Shown: in pieces, positions 17,336 through 26,114 of the stretch
Numbering within the stretch: the first letter of the stretch is position 1
Layout: each line of letters opens with the position of its first letter
Source of the DNA: Candidatus Acidiferrales bacterium
GTDB lineage: Bacteria; Acidobacteriota; Terriglobia; Acidiferrales; UBA7541
Assembly (NCBI GenBank): GCA_046705825.1
Contig: JBJKQB010000352.1
Span: 9,013-73,012 of the forward strand
Reading direction: 5' to 3'
DNA length: 64,000 bases
Notes under the pieces: model-generated
What the model was told of the DNA's origin: nothing
What the model saw: only the letters and a program-made list of their open reading frames with translations
Database searches by the model: none
Made by a program: the position numbers and the translations under genes

Positions 17336-20300
17336 TTGGAATTGTGGTTTGCGGGTTCGCGGCGGCGCTCGCTGCGCATGGCCGCACTGCTCTGTGTCTT
17401 TGCGCTGCCGGCGGCGCAGGTCAACGCGAAAGACAAAGGAGATCGCGCGGCATTCGCGTCCCGCAGCGCGGCGCAGAACGATCTCGTGATCGAAGGCCTC
17501 CGCGTCGCCTCCGTCCGCGTCCTCGACGAAACGGGCCATTCCGTTCCCTACCCCTTGCCTAAGCTCGCGCTGCAGCCCGGCCAGCCCTTTCGCTTCACCT
17601 CCGAACGCGATAGCCTGCGCGAACTCTATCGGCAGGGCGATTACGCCGACGTCCGCGTCACCGCGCTGCGGCAGGCGGACGGCTTGCATGTCGATTTCAT
17701 CGTCCAGCGCAATTATTACTACAACGTGATCCGCATCCAGGGGTTGAAGCCGCCGCCCAGCGAGTCTGCGGCCCAGGCGGCCATGCATTTGGAGCTGGGC
17801 GAGCCCTATCGCGAGAGTTCGCTGCAGGCCGGCGTGCAGCGCTTGCGCGAGGCGCTGAGCGCCGAAGGCTTCTATCTCGCCAAGATCAAGTGGGTTCTGG
17901 AGCGGCGCAGCGATACGCGGCAGATGAATGTGATAGTGACCGTCGAACCCGGCCCGCGCGCGCGCATCGGCGATCTAACGGTGAGCGATCAAACGCCGTA
18001 CAGCAGCCGCGAGCTGCTGCGCCACTCGAAGATCAAACCGAAGCAGGACTTCACCTCGGCGCGCCTCTCGCGCGCGACCCAGAAGCTGAAGAATTTTCTG
18101 GTCAGCAAAGGCTACTTGGGCGCCTCGGTCGTAATCACGCCCGGGACGTACGACGTGCGAACCAATCGCGTTCCGCTGTCGTACAGCGTGGTGGCGGGCC
18201 CGCGCGTGCGCGTGGCCGTCACCGGGGCGCGGCTGCATCGCCGCCAGCTTAGGAATCTGTTGCCCATCTTTGCGGAGGGGGCGGTTGACGAAGACCTACT
18301 GCAGGAAGGCCGCCGCAACATCCGCGACTATTTCCAGCGGCAGGGCTACTTCGACGCGGACGTGACCTACACAACGGAAAACGCGCCGAACAATACGCGC
18401 GTGATCGTCTATAAAATCACGCGGGGAGAGCGTTTTCGCCTGGCCGGCGTGGCCTTCACGGGAAACAAATATTTCAGTGACGACCTGCTGGCCGGCCGCC
18501 TGCAGATTCAGACCGCTTCGTTCGCCTTCAACGGCCGGTTCAGCCAGCGGCTGGTGCGCAGCGACGCCGACTCGATCCGCGACCTGTACGTTTCGAACGG
18601 GTTCCAGAGCGCGAAAGTGGAGCCGCGAATCGACGACAAGTATCACAACAAGAAGGGCAATCTGTTCGTCACCTTCCACATCACCGAAGGCGAGCAGACG
18701 CGCGTGGACTCGCTCGAAATCGAAGGCAATCACGCCATCCCGACCCAGACGCTGATGTCCGTGATCGGTTCCACCCGCGGGCAGCCCTACTCCGCCGACG
18801 ATGTGGCCAGCGACCGCAACAACATTCTCGCGCTCTATTTCAACGAAGGATTCCCTGACGCGAGCTTCCAGGAGGAAGTCCTGCCGGCTCCCGCCTCTTC
18901 CGAATCCAAGACCGCTTCCGCAGGACAAGGCGCGAAGGTCGACGCAGAGCCCATCAAGCCGGCCGCGCCCCATAACGCGGCCAACCGCGTGCGGCTGATT
19001 TACCACATCAGCGAAGGGCCACAAATCGAGGTTTGCAAGGTCCTGCTCACCGGATATCGCTACACAAAACCCGGCGTGATCGCCAAACAAGTACAGATCC
19101 ACGCCGGAGGCCCCTTGCGCGAGCGCGATGTGGCCGAAACGCAGCGCCGGCTCTACAACCTCGGTGTGTTCACGCGCGTGCAAGTCGCGCCGCAGAATCC
19201 CGACGGCGCCGACCCGCACAAAGTGGTGGTGGTGGACGCGCGCGAGGGCCGGCGCTACACCGTAGCCTACGGTTTCGGATTCGAGGTCCAGCGCATCGGA
19301 AAAAGTTGCGGCTCGACCACCACCAGCAACAACAACGTCATCACCACCTGCGATCCCAGCGCGACGCAGCTCGAAGCCAGCCCGCGCGGCATCTTCGAAA
19401 TTTCGCGCGCGAATATGTTCGGGCGCGCGCAGACGCTTTCTCTCAAGCTGCGCGCCAGCACGCTGGAGTACCGCTCGGCGCTCTCCTACACCGCCAACAA
19501 TTTCCTCTCGAATAACGCTCTGAGCCTGCAGCTGACCGGCTTCGCCGAAAAAACCCAGGACATTTCCACCTTCACCTCCACGCGCTACGAAGGCGCGCTG
19601 CAGCTGGTCGAAACCGTCACGCCCTACAGTTCTCTGCTGTACCGTTATTTCTATCGCCGCGTGGAAGCCTCCAATCTGAACCAGACCATCAACCCCGAAG
19701 AAATTCCCTTGCTCAGCCAGCCCACCCTCGTTTCCGGCGTGGGCATCACCTACGCGCGCGACCGCCGCGATAATCCCGGCGACCCCAAGCACGGAAGCCT
19801 CAACACCGCGGACGCCAGCGTGGCCTCCACCAAGTTCGGATCAGGCGCCAGCTTCTTCCGCGGCTTCTTTCAGAATTCGTCCTACACTTCGTTCGGCCGC
19901 GATTTTGTGTTCGCGCGCTCCGCTCGTTTCGGCATCGAGGAGCCGCTGGCCAACACCGTCGAGGGCGACAATCCCTTCAATATCGGCCAGTGCACCGGCA
20001 CGGTGACCATTCCCATCGAGCAAGTGATCCCTCTCCCGGAGCGCTTCTTCGCCGGCGGCGGAACATCGCTGCGCGGCTTCGGCTTGAATCAGGCGGGGCC
20101 GCGCGACCCCTGCTCCGGGTTTCCCGTGGGCGGCTTGGCTATGATCGCCTTCAACCAGGAGCTGCGCTTCCCCATGCACCTGCCGTTCATCGGCAACCGT
20201 CTGGGCGGCACGATCTTTTACGATGGCGGTAACGTCTACACGGATTTCAACCACATCAATTTCAACTGGAAGCCGGATTCCCCGACGGTGCTGAACTATT

Positions 20301-20479
20301 TTTCGCATACGGTGGGCTTTGGCCTGCGCTACGGGACGCCTGTCGGGCCTGTCCGCGTCGATTTCGGTTATCAGCTGAATCCGGCGCAGTATCAGTTCTA
20401 CAATTCGACGGTCCAGCAGCTGCAGCTGCTTCAGCTGCCGCATTTCCAGTTTTCATTCAATATTGGACCGGTCTTTTGA
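17336..20479 (+). CDS. Omp85-family outer-membrane assembly protein (BamA/TamA-like, multiple POTRA domains)
   Basis: 1047 aa. Repeated POTRA-like units (I.I.G......L......L..G.P........L...Y...GY..A.V) and a C-terminal surface-antigen barrel (ERFFAGGGTSLRGF, ...HFQFSFNIGPVF). TTG start at 17336; an alternative ATG lies at 17378. Confidence 0.85.
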   Translation: MELWFAGSRRRSLRMAALLCVFALPAAQVNAKDKGDRAAFASRSAAQNDLVIEGLRVASVRVLDETGHSVPYPLPKLALQPGQPFRFTSERDSLRELYRQGDYADVRVTALRQADGLHVDFIVQRNYYYNVIRIQGLKPPPSESAAQAAMHLELGEPYRESSLQAGVQRLREALSAEGFYLAKIKWVLERRSDTRQMNVIVTVEPGPRARIGDLTVSDQTPYSSRELLRHSKIKPKQDFTSARLSRATQKLKNFLVSKGYLGASVVITPGTYDVRTNRVPLSYSVVAGPRVRVAVTGARLHRRQLRNLLPIFAEGAVDEDLLQEGRRNIRDYFQRQGYFDADVTYTTENAPNNTRVIVYKITRGERFRLAGVAFTGNKYFSDDLLAGRLQIQTASFAFNGRFSQRLVRSDADSIRDLYVSNGFQSAKVEPRIDDKYHNKKGNLFVTFHITEGEQTRVDSLEIEGNHAIPTQTLMSVIGSTRGQPYSADDVASDRNNILALYFNEGFPDASFQEEVLPAPASSESKTASAGQGAKVDAEPIKPAAPHNAANRVRLIYHISEGPQIEVCKVLLTGYRYTKPGVIAKQVQIHAGGPLRERDVAETQRRLYNLGVFTRVQVAPQNPDGADPHKVVVVDAREGRRYTVAYGFGFEVQRIGKSCGSTTTSNNNVITTCDPSATQLEASPRGIFEISRANMFGRAQTLSLKLRASTLEYRSALSYTANNFLSNNALSLQLTGFAEKTQDISTFTSTRYEGALQLVETVTPYSSLLYRYFYRRVEASNLNQTINPEEIPLLSQPTLVSGVGITYARDRRDNPGDPKHGSLNTADASVASTKFGSGASFFRGFFQNSSYTSFGRDFVFARSARFGIEEPLANTVEGDNPFNIGQCTGTVTIPIEQVIPLPERFFAGGGTSLRGFGLNQAGPRDPCSGFPVGGLAMIAFNQELRFPMHLPFIGNRLGGTIFYDGGNVYTDFNHINFNWKPDSPTVLNYFSHTVGFGLRYGTPVGPVRVDFGYQLNPAQYQFYNSTVQQLQLLQLPHFQFSFNIGPVF

Positions 20480-20480
20480 C

Positions 20481-21179
20481 ATGAAACGCCTCTTGCTCAT
20501 TTTCGCTTTGCTGGCGGGCGCCGTTGGCTGCGTGACGCCCGGCGCATCGGCGCAAAATCAGGCGGATGCGACGCCCACGGGCGCCGCTGTCCCCGGGGTT
20601 TCCCGCACCATCGATGGCATTGCCGCGCGCATCGAAGGCGACATCATCACCGAGAGCGAGGTGCGCGAGCTGGGCGCGTTCCAGTTGCTTGTGGACGGCC
20701 AGTCGAAATCGCGCGACGAGATCATCCGCGAGCTGGCCGACCAGTGGGTGGTCCGTCAGGAAGCTGCCGCCACGCGCTACCGCCAGCCGCCCGCTGCCGA
20801 AGTCGATCGCGCCTATAAGCAACTGGTCAAGCGCTTCGGCTCGCTGGCCGTGCTTCAGGACCGGCTCGCTACCGTGGGCCTCAGCGAGGCGGCCGTGCGC
20901 CGCCTGCTGGCGCAGCAACTTTATCTCTCCGGTTTTCTGGATTACCGTTTCCGGCCCGCCGCGCAAGTCAGCGACAAACAAATTCAGGATTATTACGACA
21001 ATAAGCTGGTGCCCGCGCTAAAAAAGCGCGGCGATAAAATCCCGCCACTCGATGCTGTCGACGACCAGATTCGCGAGGTGCTGATCCAGAGAGCCATCGA
21101 TGCGCGCTCCTCCCAGTGGCTCGATGAAACGCGCGCGCACCTGAACATCCAAATTCTTCCGCCGGGAGAAGGGTCGTGA
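20481..21179 (+). CDS. SurA N-terminal-domain chaperone-like periplasmic protein (no PPIase domain)
   Basis: Signal peptide MKRLLLIFALLAGAVGCV. IDGIAARIEGDIITESEV...LIQRAIDARSSQWLDETRA resembles the SurA_N/PpiD-type chaperone domain. The ATG lies 1 nt after the Omp85 stop. Confidence 0.65.
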   Translation: MKRLLLIFALLAGAVGCVTPGASAQNQADATPTGAAVPGVSRTIDGIAARIEGDIITESEVRELGAFQLLVDGQSKSRDEIIRELADQWVVRQEAAATRYRQPPAAEVDRAYKQLVKRFGSLAVLQDRLATVGLSEAAVRRLLAQQLYLSGFLDYRFRPAAQVSDKQIQDYYDNKLVPALKKRGDKIPPLDAVDDQIREVLIQRAIDARSSQWLDETRAHLNIQILPPGEGS

Positions 21180-24100
21180 AGCTCCGCTGGAGACACGGCA
21201 TCGGCCTGGTGCTCGTCCTGATCGGGGCCGGCGCGCTGGCGCTGTATCTCGTGTTTGCCACCGGCTTCGCCCAGCGCTTTCTCCGCCGCGCGGCAATCCA
21301 CGCCATCGCAGACCGCACCGGCGCCCGCGTCGAGATGAAGCGGTTCCATTTCTATCCCTGGCAGTTGCGCGTGGAAATCGAGGGCTTGACCCTGCACGGC
21401 CTGGAACCGGCCACCGCGCCTCCTCTTTTCCACGCAGATCGAATCGACGTTGCCGTACGCATCATTTCCTTCTTGCATCACAAGCTTGCGCTCGAAAAGC
21501 TGGTCGTGGACCGCCCGGAGCTGGCCATCTCTATCGACAAACACGGCCACAGCAATCTGCCCCCGCGCAAGCCGCGCCCCAAGGGCAAACCCTGGCAGGA
21601 GACTCTGTTCAATCTGCAGATCGGCAAGCTCGAACTGCGCGATGGCCGAGCGGATATCGGCAACCTACGTATTCCTTTGGCAGTGCAGGGCAACGATTTC
21701 GACTTTGCTCTCCACTACAGCGCTGAATCGCCAACCACCGGTGTTTACCTGGGAAGCTTCGATTTCCATCACGTTCTGCTCGCCGCCAAACGCGACATTC
21801 CCTTCCGCTTCGATCTGGCCGGGAAGTTCGCGCTTCATCCCGATTCGTTCGAGCTGAACCAGCTGGCCCTGACCCTGCCCCATTCCCAGTTCAATGTCCG
21901 CGCCGATGTGGCCGGCTTCTCTCACCCCGATGTCGAGTTGCACTATCGCGGCCATCTCGCTTTCCTGGATATCCGCACCATTTTCCATTCTCCGCACACG
22001 CCGGACGGTGTGACCGACTTTTCGGGCCACGCGCACTACGCCGCCGGGCAGTGGACCGCAGGCGGCTACTACGACGCGCACGACATCGCCATGCACTTCA
22101 AGTGGTTCCACGGCGGCGGGATCCGCACCTGGGGCAATTACGACGTTGCGAACCAGCGGCTTGTGGTGCCGAATTTGCGCGTCACCGCTCTGGACGGCTT
22201 AATCGAGGGCCGCCTCCAGATGCTTTTTCACGGGCTGCAGTTCCGCACCGAAACCAAACTGCGCGGCGCGAACCTCACACGCATTCTGGCCGCGCTCGAT
22301 AATTCCAGCTTTCCCGTGGATTCGCTGCACTGGCAGGGATCGCTTGACGCAGATTGCGTGAACACCTGGCGCCGCAATTTCAAGGATTTTCGCACGCGCG
22401 GCGAAACGCGCTGGTCGCCCCCCACCAACGCCGCGCCCGGCATGATTCCCGTGTCGGCCAAGATCGATTACGACTACGCCGCGTATCGCCACTCCGTCAC
22501 GATTGCCCCGGGCGGCGAAATCTCCATGCCCACGGCGAACGTCTCGTTCGGAGGCCTGCTCGATGCGAACGATTCCGCGCTCAACGTGAAATTCCACTCC
22601 GACGATCTGCAGAAGTGGGACGACTTCATCAACGTCATCATGGGCAGAGAGAAGGACCCCGCGCAAATCGGGGGCAAAGCCGGCTGGCAGGGCACGGTCC
22701 AGGGCCCGCTCGATGGCCCCACGTTCGCCGGGCACGTGCAGGGCGAAAACGCTCGTTACGACCGGCTGTATTGGGACAGCATCGTCGGCGACATGGATTA
22801 TTCGCCCGACGACTTTCACCTGACCAACGCAACCGTGCGGCGCGGCCGCACGTCAGCGCAAATCAACCTTGCTCTCGAGCTGAACGGCAAATGGAGCTTT
22901 CTCCCGTCCAACGAATGGTCGCTGGATGCGCGGCTCGACGACTCCCCCACCGAGGACTTGCAGGAGGTTCTGGGAATGCACTATCCGGTGAGCGGGCTGC
23001 TCACCGGCAATTTCCACGGTAGCGGCACGCGCGAAGATCCCGTACTCGACGGCAAGTTCGTTCTGGCGGACATGCAGGTCCGCGGCCTTCGTTTCGACCG
23101 CCTGAGCGGACAATTCCATTTATCTCACGATGACGTGGCCCTTTCGGACGCCGTATTGCTACGGGGCACCAGCCGCGTGGCCGGGAGCGTCGCCCTCCAT
23201 CCTCATGAATTGACCACCGAATTCGATCTGACCGGAACGGGCATTTCCTTGCAGCAGATTCGCGAGATTCAGACGCGCGCTGTCCCCATCGCCGGCCAGC
23301 TCGATTTCACCTTGCGCGGCAGCGGCCCGCTCTTCGCGCCCGCAGGGGAAGGCGCGCTGCGCATCACGCACCTGGGCCTGGGAACGGAAACGGAAGGCAA
23401 TTTCCGCGGACGAATCTCCTCCGACGGCCACGTGGCGCGCATTGCGGTGCGCTCCGAAGCGGCCCAGCCCGGCCTCGACGGCCAGCTTTCCATCGGCTTC
23501 GACGACGACCAGCCCATTACCGGCAAGCTCTCCCTGACTCATTTCGATTTGGACCCCTTCATCGTGGCTGGCCTTCACCTCACGCACATCACCAGCCACA
23601 GCAGCGCCGACGGCGTCTTCACCATCTCCGGATTTCTTCGCCGGCCGGATTCCATCGAAATTACCGCCGACGTTTCGCACATTTCCTTCGATTACGAACT
23701 GGTTCACTTGACCAATGATCAGGACATTCGCTTGACCTACCGCGCCAATGAGGTCCGCGTCGATCAAGCCCACCTGCACGGTCCCGACACGGATATGCGC
23801 GTGACCGGCTCGGCGCGCTTCGATCGTGATCGCCCGCTGCGCCTCGTTGTACTGGGCCGGCTCGATCTGCGCTTGCTCAGCGGTTTCTTGCCCGGATTCG
23901 AAGTCCAGGGCCGCGCCGACGCCAATGTCTCCATCAACGGCACGATGTCGCGGCCGCGCATCACCGGGCGTGCCAGCATCCAGAATGCCTCAGCGAACTA
24001 TGCGGATTTTCCGGTGGGCCTCAGCAAAGTGAACGGCGATTTCGTATTTGACCAGAGCCGTTTCCTGTTTGATCGCATCACCGCGCAAGCCGGCGGCGGA

Positions 24101-25120
24101 CAAATGAAGCTGAGCGGCAACGTGGTGTACGGCGAGGGCCCGCTGCGCTACGAAGTGAACGCCTCGACCACTTTGATCCGCATCCGCTATCCCACCGGCC
24201 TCAGTTGGCTGGCTGGCGGAAATCTGCAGCTGGCCGGCTCGGCCAAAGCCTCTCTCCTGAGCGGCCGCGTGCAGGTTCAGCGGCTGCTTTTTTCCAGGGG
24301 CGTGGACGTCGCATCCTTCTTCGCTGCGGCGTCCGAAACGTCGCCTGGTCCACCGTCCACATCGCCCTTTCTGCGCAATCTTTCCTTCGATGTGGAAGGC
24401 CAGGCCGCACCGGGGGCTCAGATTCAGTGGAGCGGCGCGCAGATCGGCATCGACGGCAGCGTCCGCCTGCGCGGCACCTGGGACCGCCCCATCCTGCTCG
24501 GCAACATTCACCTGCTGGGCGGGCAGATGGCCTTTCGCGGAAACAAGTTCCAGCTCACCCGCGGCGACATCAATTTCGCCAATCCCTTCCGGCTGGATCC
24601 CGTGCTCAACGTCGAAGCCACCACCACCATCAGCCAATATCAGGTCACTATTAATTTCTCCGGCCCGGCCAGCCGCCTCTCCATGACCTACCGCTCCGAT
24701 CCTCCCTTGCCCGACAGCGACATCATCGCTTTGCTGGCGCTCGGCACACCCGGCGAGAGCGAGGGGCTGCGCTCGCAGTCCGCCAGCTCCCAGAGCTATG
24801 GCGCCACCGCCTTGCTCTCCGAGGCCATTTCCAGCGGGATTGGCGGGCGCATCGAGCATCTGTTCGGCATCAGCCAGTTCCGTGTCGACCCCTTCGTCGC
24901 TGGCGCCGCCACCGAATCCAACGCGGCCGCCCGCGTCACCATTCAGGAGCAGCTGGCGCATAATTTCACCATCACCTACTCCACTAACGCCGCTACCACC
25001 AACCAGTACCAGATGATTCAGGTGCAGTACGACATCAGCCGCGCCCTGTCCGTCGAATTCCTGCGCGACATCAATGGCACCTACGGCTTCGATATCAAGT
25101 GGGTGCGCCACTTCAAGTAG
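21176..25120 (+). CDS. tamB: translocation and assembly module protein TamB (AsmA-like, DUF490 C-terminus)
   Basis: 1314 aa with an N-terminal TM anchor (GIGLVLVLIGAGALALYLVF) and long beta-rich repeats. The C-terminus QFRVDPF...ITYSTN...QVQYDISRALSVEFLRDINGTYGFDIKWVRHFK is typical of DUF490. The GTG start overlaps the upstream stop (GTGA). Confidence 0.85.
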   Translation: MKLRWRHGIGLVLVLIGAGALALYLVFATGFAQRFLRRAAIHAIADRTGARVEMKRFHFYPWQLRVEIEGLTLHGLEPATAPPLFHADRIDVAVRIISFLHHKLALEKLVVDRPELAISIDKHGHSNLPPRKPRPKGKPWQETLFNLQIGKLELRDGRADIGNLRIPLAVQGNDFDFALHYSAESPTTGVYLGSFDFHHVLLAAKRDIPFRFDLAGKFALHPDSFELNQLALTLPHSQFNVRADVAGFSHPDVELHYRGHLAFLDIRTIFHSPHTPDGVTDFSGHAHYAAGQWTAGGYYDAHDIAMHFKWFHGGGIRTWGNYDVANQRLVVPNLRVTALDGLIEGRLQMLFHGLQFRTETKLRGANLTRILAALDNSSFPVDSLHWQGSLDADCVNTWRRNFKDFRTRGETRWSPPTNAAPGMIPVSAKIDYDYAAYRHSVTIAPGGEISMPTANVSFGGLLDANDSALNVKFHSDDLQKWDDFINVIMGREKDPAQIGGKAGWQGTVQGPLDGPTFAGHVQGENARYDRLYWDSIVGDMDYSPDDFHLTNATVRRGRTSAQINLALELNGKWSFLPSNEWSLDARLDDSPTEDLQEVLGMHYPVSGLLTGNFHGSGTREDPVLDGKFVLADMQVRGLRFDRLSGQFHLSHDDVALSDAVLLRGTSRVAGSVALHPHELTTEFDLTGTGISLQQIREIQTRAVPIAGQLDFTLRGSGPLFAPAGEGALRITHLGLGTETEGNFRGRISSDGHVARIAVRSEAAQPGLDGQLSIGFDDDQPITGKLSLTHFDLDPFIVAGLHLTHITSHSSADGVFTISGFLRRPDSIEITADVSHISFDYELVHLTNDQDIRLTYRANEVRVDQAHLHGPDTDMRVTGSARFDRDRPLRLVVLGRLDLRLLSGFLPGFEVQGRADANVSINGTMSRPRITGRASIQNASANYADFPVGLSKVNGDFVFDQSRFLFDRITAQAGGGQMKLSGNVVYGEGPLRYEVNASTTLIRIRYPTGLSWLAGGNLQLAGSAKASLLSGRVQVQRLLFSRGVDVASFFAAASETSPGPPSTSPFLRNLSFDVEGQAAPGAQIQWSGAQIGIDGSVRLRGTWDRPILLGNIHLLGGQMAFRGNKFQLTRGDINFANPFRLDPVLNVEATTTISQYQVTINFSGPASRLSMTYRSDPPLPDSDIIALLALGTPGESEGLRSQSASSQSYGATALLSEAISSGIGGRIEHLFGISQFRVDPFVAGAATESNAAARVTIQEQLAHNFTITYSTNAATTNQYQMIQVQYDISRALSVEFLRDINGTYGFDIKWVRHFK

Positions 25121-25195
25121 CGCAAGTGCAGGAGCCGTTCGGCACGTGCTTGAGCGCGTCGCGCCCCACGCGGAATCCCTTTCGACACATCTCCA

Positions 25196-25224
25196 TTGAA
25201 TTCCTTGGACTTAGGTTCTATAGG
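25196..25224 (+). promoter_or_regulatory. putative sigma70-type promoter preceding a roughly 300-nt leader
   Basis: TTGAAT (25196..25201), a 17-nt spacer, then TATAGG (25219..25224). The next CDS starts at 25526. Confidence 0.3.
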
Positions 25225-25525
25225 GCGGCAGGACCTTGCCTGTGACGTTCGTCACGGACGAGTGGGCCCTCCGTCACTGAAGCCGGTGTCGTCCCTCTTG
25301 CAGACTCGGTCGGTGCACCAGGCGGAAAAAGACCTTTGCACCTCCGCCGGAAATCGAACGCGGTGCTGTTCGGATGCAGCAGACGTATTTGGGCTCGGTT
25401 GAAGCAAAAACACTCTTGTGTCCAGAAACTTGATCACTGTCGGTCGCGAACCCTTCCCATCGAGGGACGGATCGGATGATCTCACCGGCGCAAGAGCGAA
25501 GCACTCTGGAGGAGGAACCAATCTC

Positions 25526-25909
25526 ATGTCATTGACCGGAAGAAATCGCGTGATTGTAGTGCTCGCCGCGTTAGCGCTCGCTCTGCCCCTGGCAGCGCGC
25601 GGCGCCGCGAACAAAGGTTCGAAATCCATCGCTCGCGCCGACGTGGAATTGACGCAGGACGCCACCCTCGCGGGCAAGCAAGTCAAGGCGGGAACATACG
25701 TCGTCCGCGCCAGCGAATCTACATTGACCCTGCTGCAAAAAGGCAAAGTCGTCGCGGAAGCACCCATCCAATGGAACGCCGAACCGTCAGTTTCGTCCGA
25801 CTCCGCCGTGATCCTCGACAGCGGTGCGGTCATTGAAATTCATTTTGCGGGGAAGATGCGCTACGCTCGAGTTGGGTCCGAATCCGAGCCAAGCTCAGGC
25901 CAGAAGTAG
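25526..25909 (+). CDS. small secreted hypothetical protein
   Basis: Start at ATG 25526 with SD ggaggagg. Signal peptide RNRVIVVLAALALALPLAARGA. Beta-rich 127-aa protein. No family recognised. Confidence 0.55.
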   Translation: MSLTGRNRVIVVLAALALALPLAARGAANKGSKSIARADVELTQDATLAGKQVKAGTYVVRASESTLTLLQKGKVVAEAPIQWNAEPSVSSDSAVILDSGAVIEIHFAGKMRYARVGSESEPSSGQK

Positions 25910-26114
25910 AATCTCCCCTCCAATTCGGCCGGGCGGGCGGCGTTCGCGGTGAACTTCGCCCGCTTCAGGCAAGGCCCGCCTCCCGGGCAAGTTGAGACTC
26001 AAGAGTTAAGCCCCCTAAGGAGGGCCGGAGCGTCCCCTCCCTGCAGTACCATTTTGATCTCGTCCGCCGGGCACGAACAGCCGCTTCTCGCGACACACCG
26101 TTCACTGTGCAAGC

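Noticed and set aside
18296-19792. 498-aa minus-strand ORF inside the Omp85 gene; similar cases are 23990..25111 inside tamB and 19841..20443
   Set aside because: These are antisense to genes with clear Omp85/TamB features. Their translations are Gly/Ala/Arg/Val-rich and motif-free.
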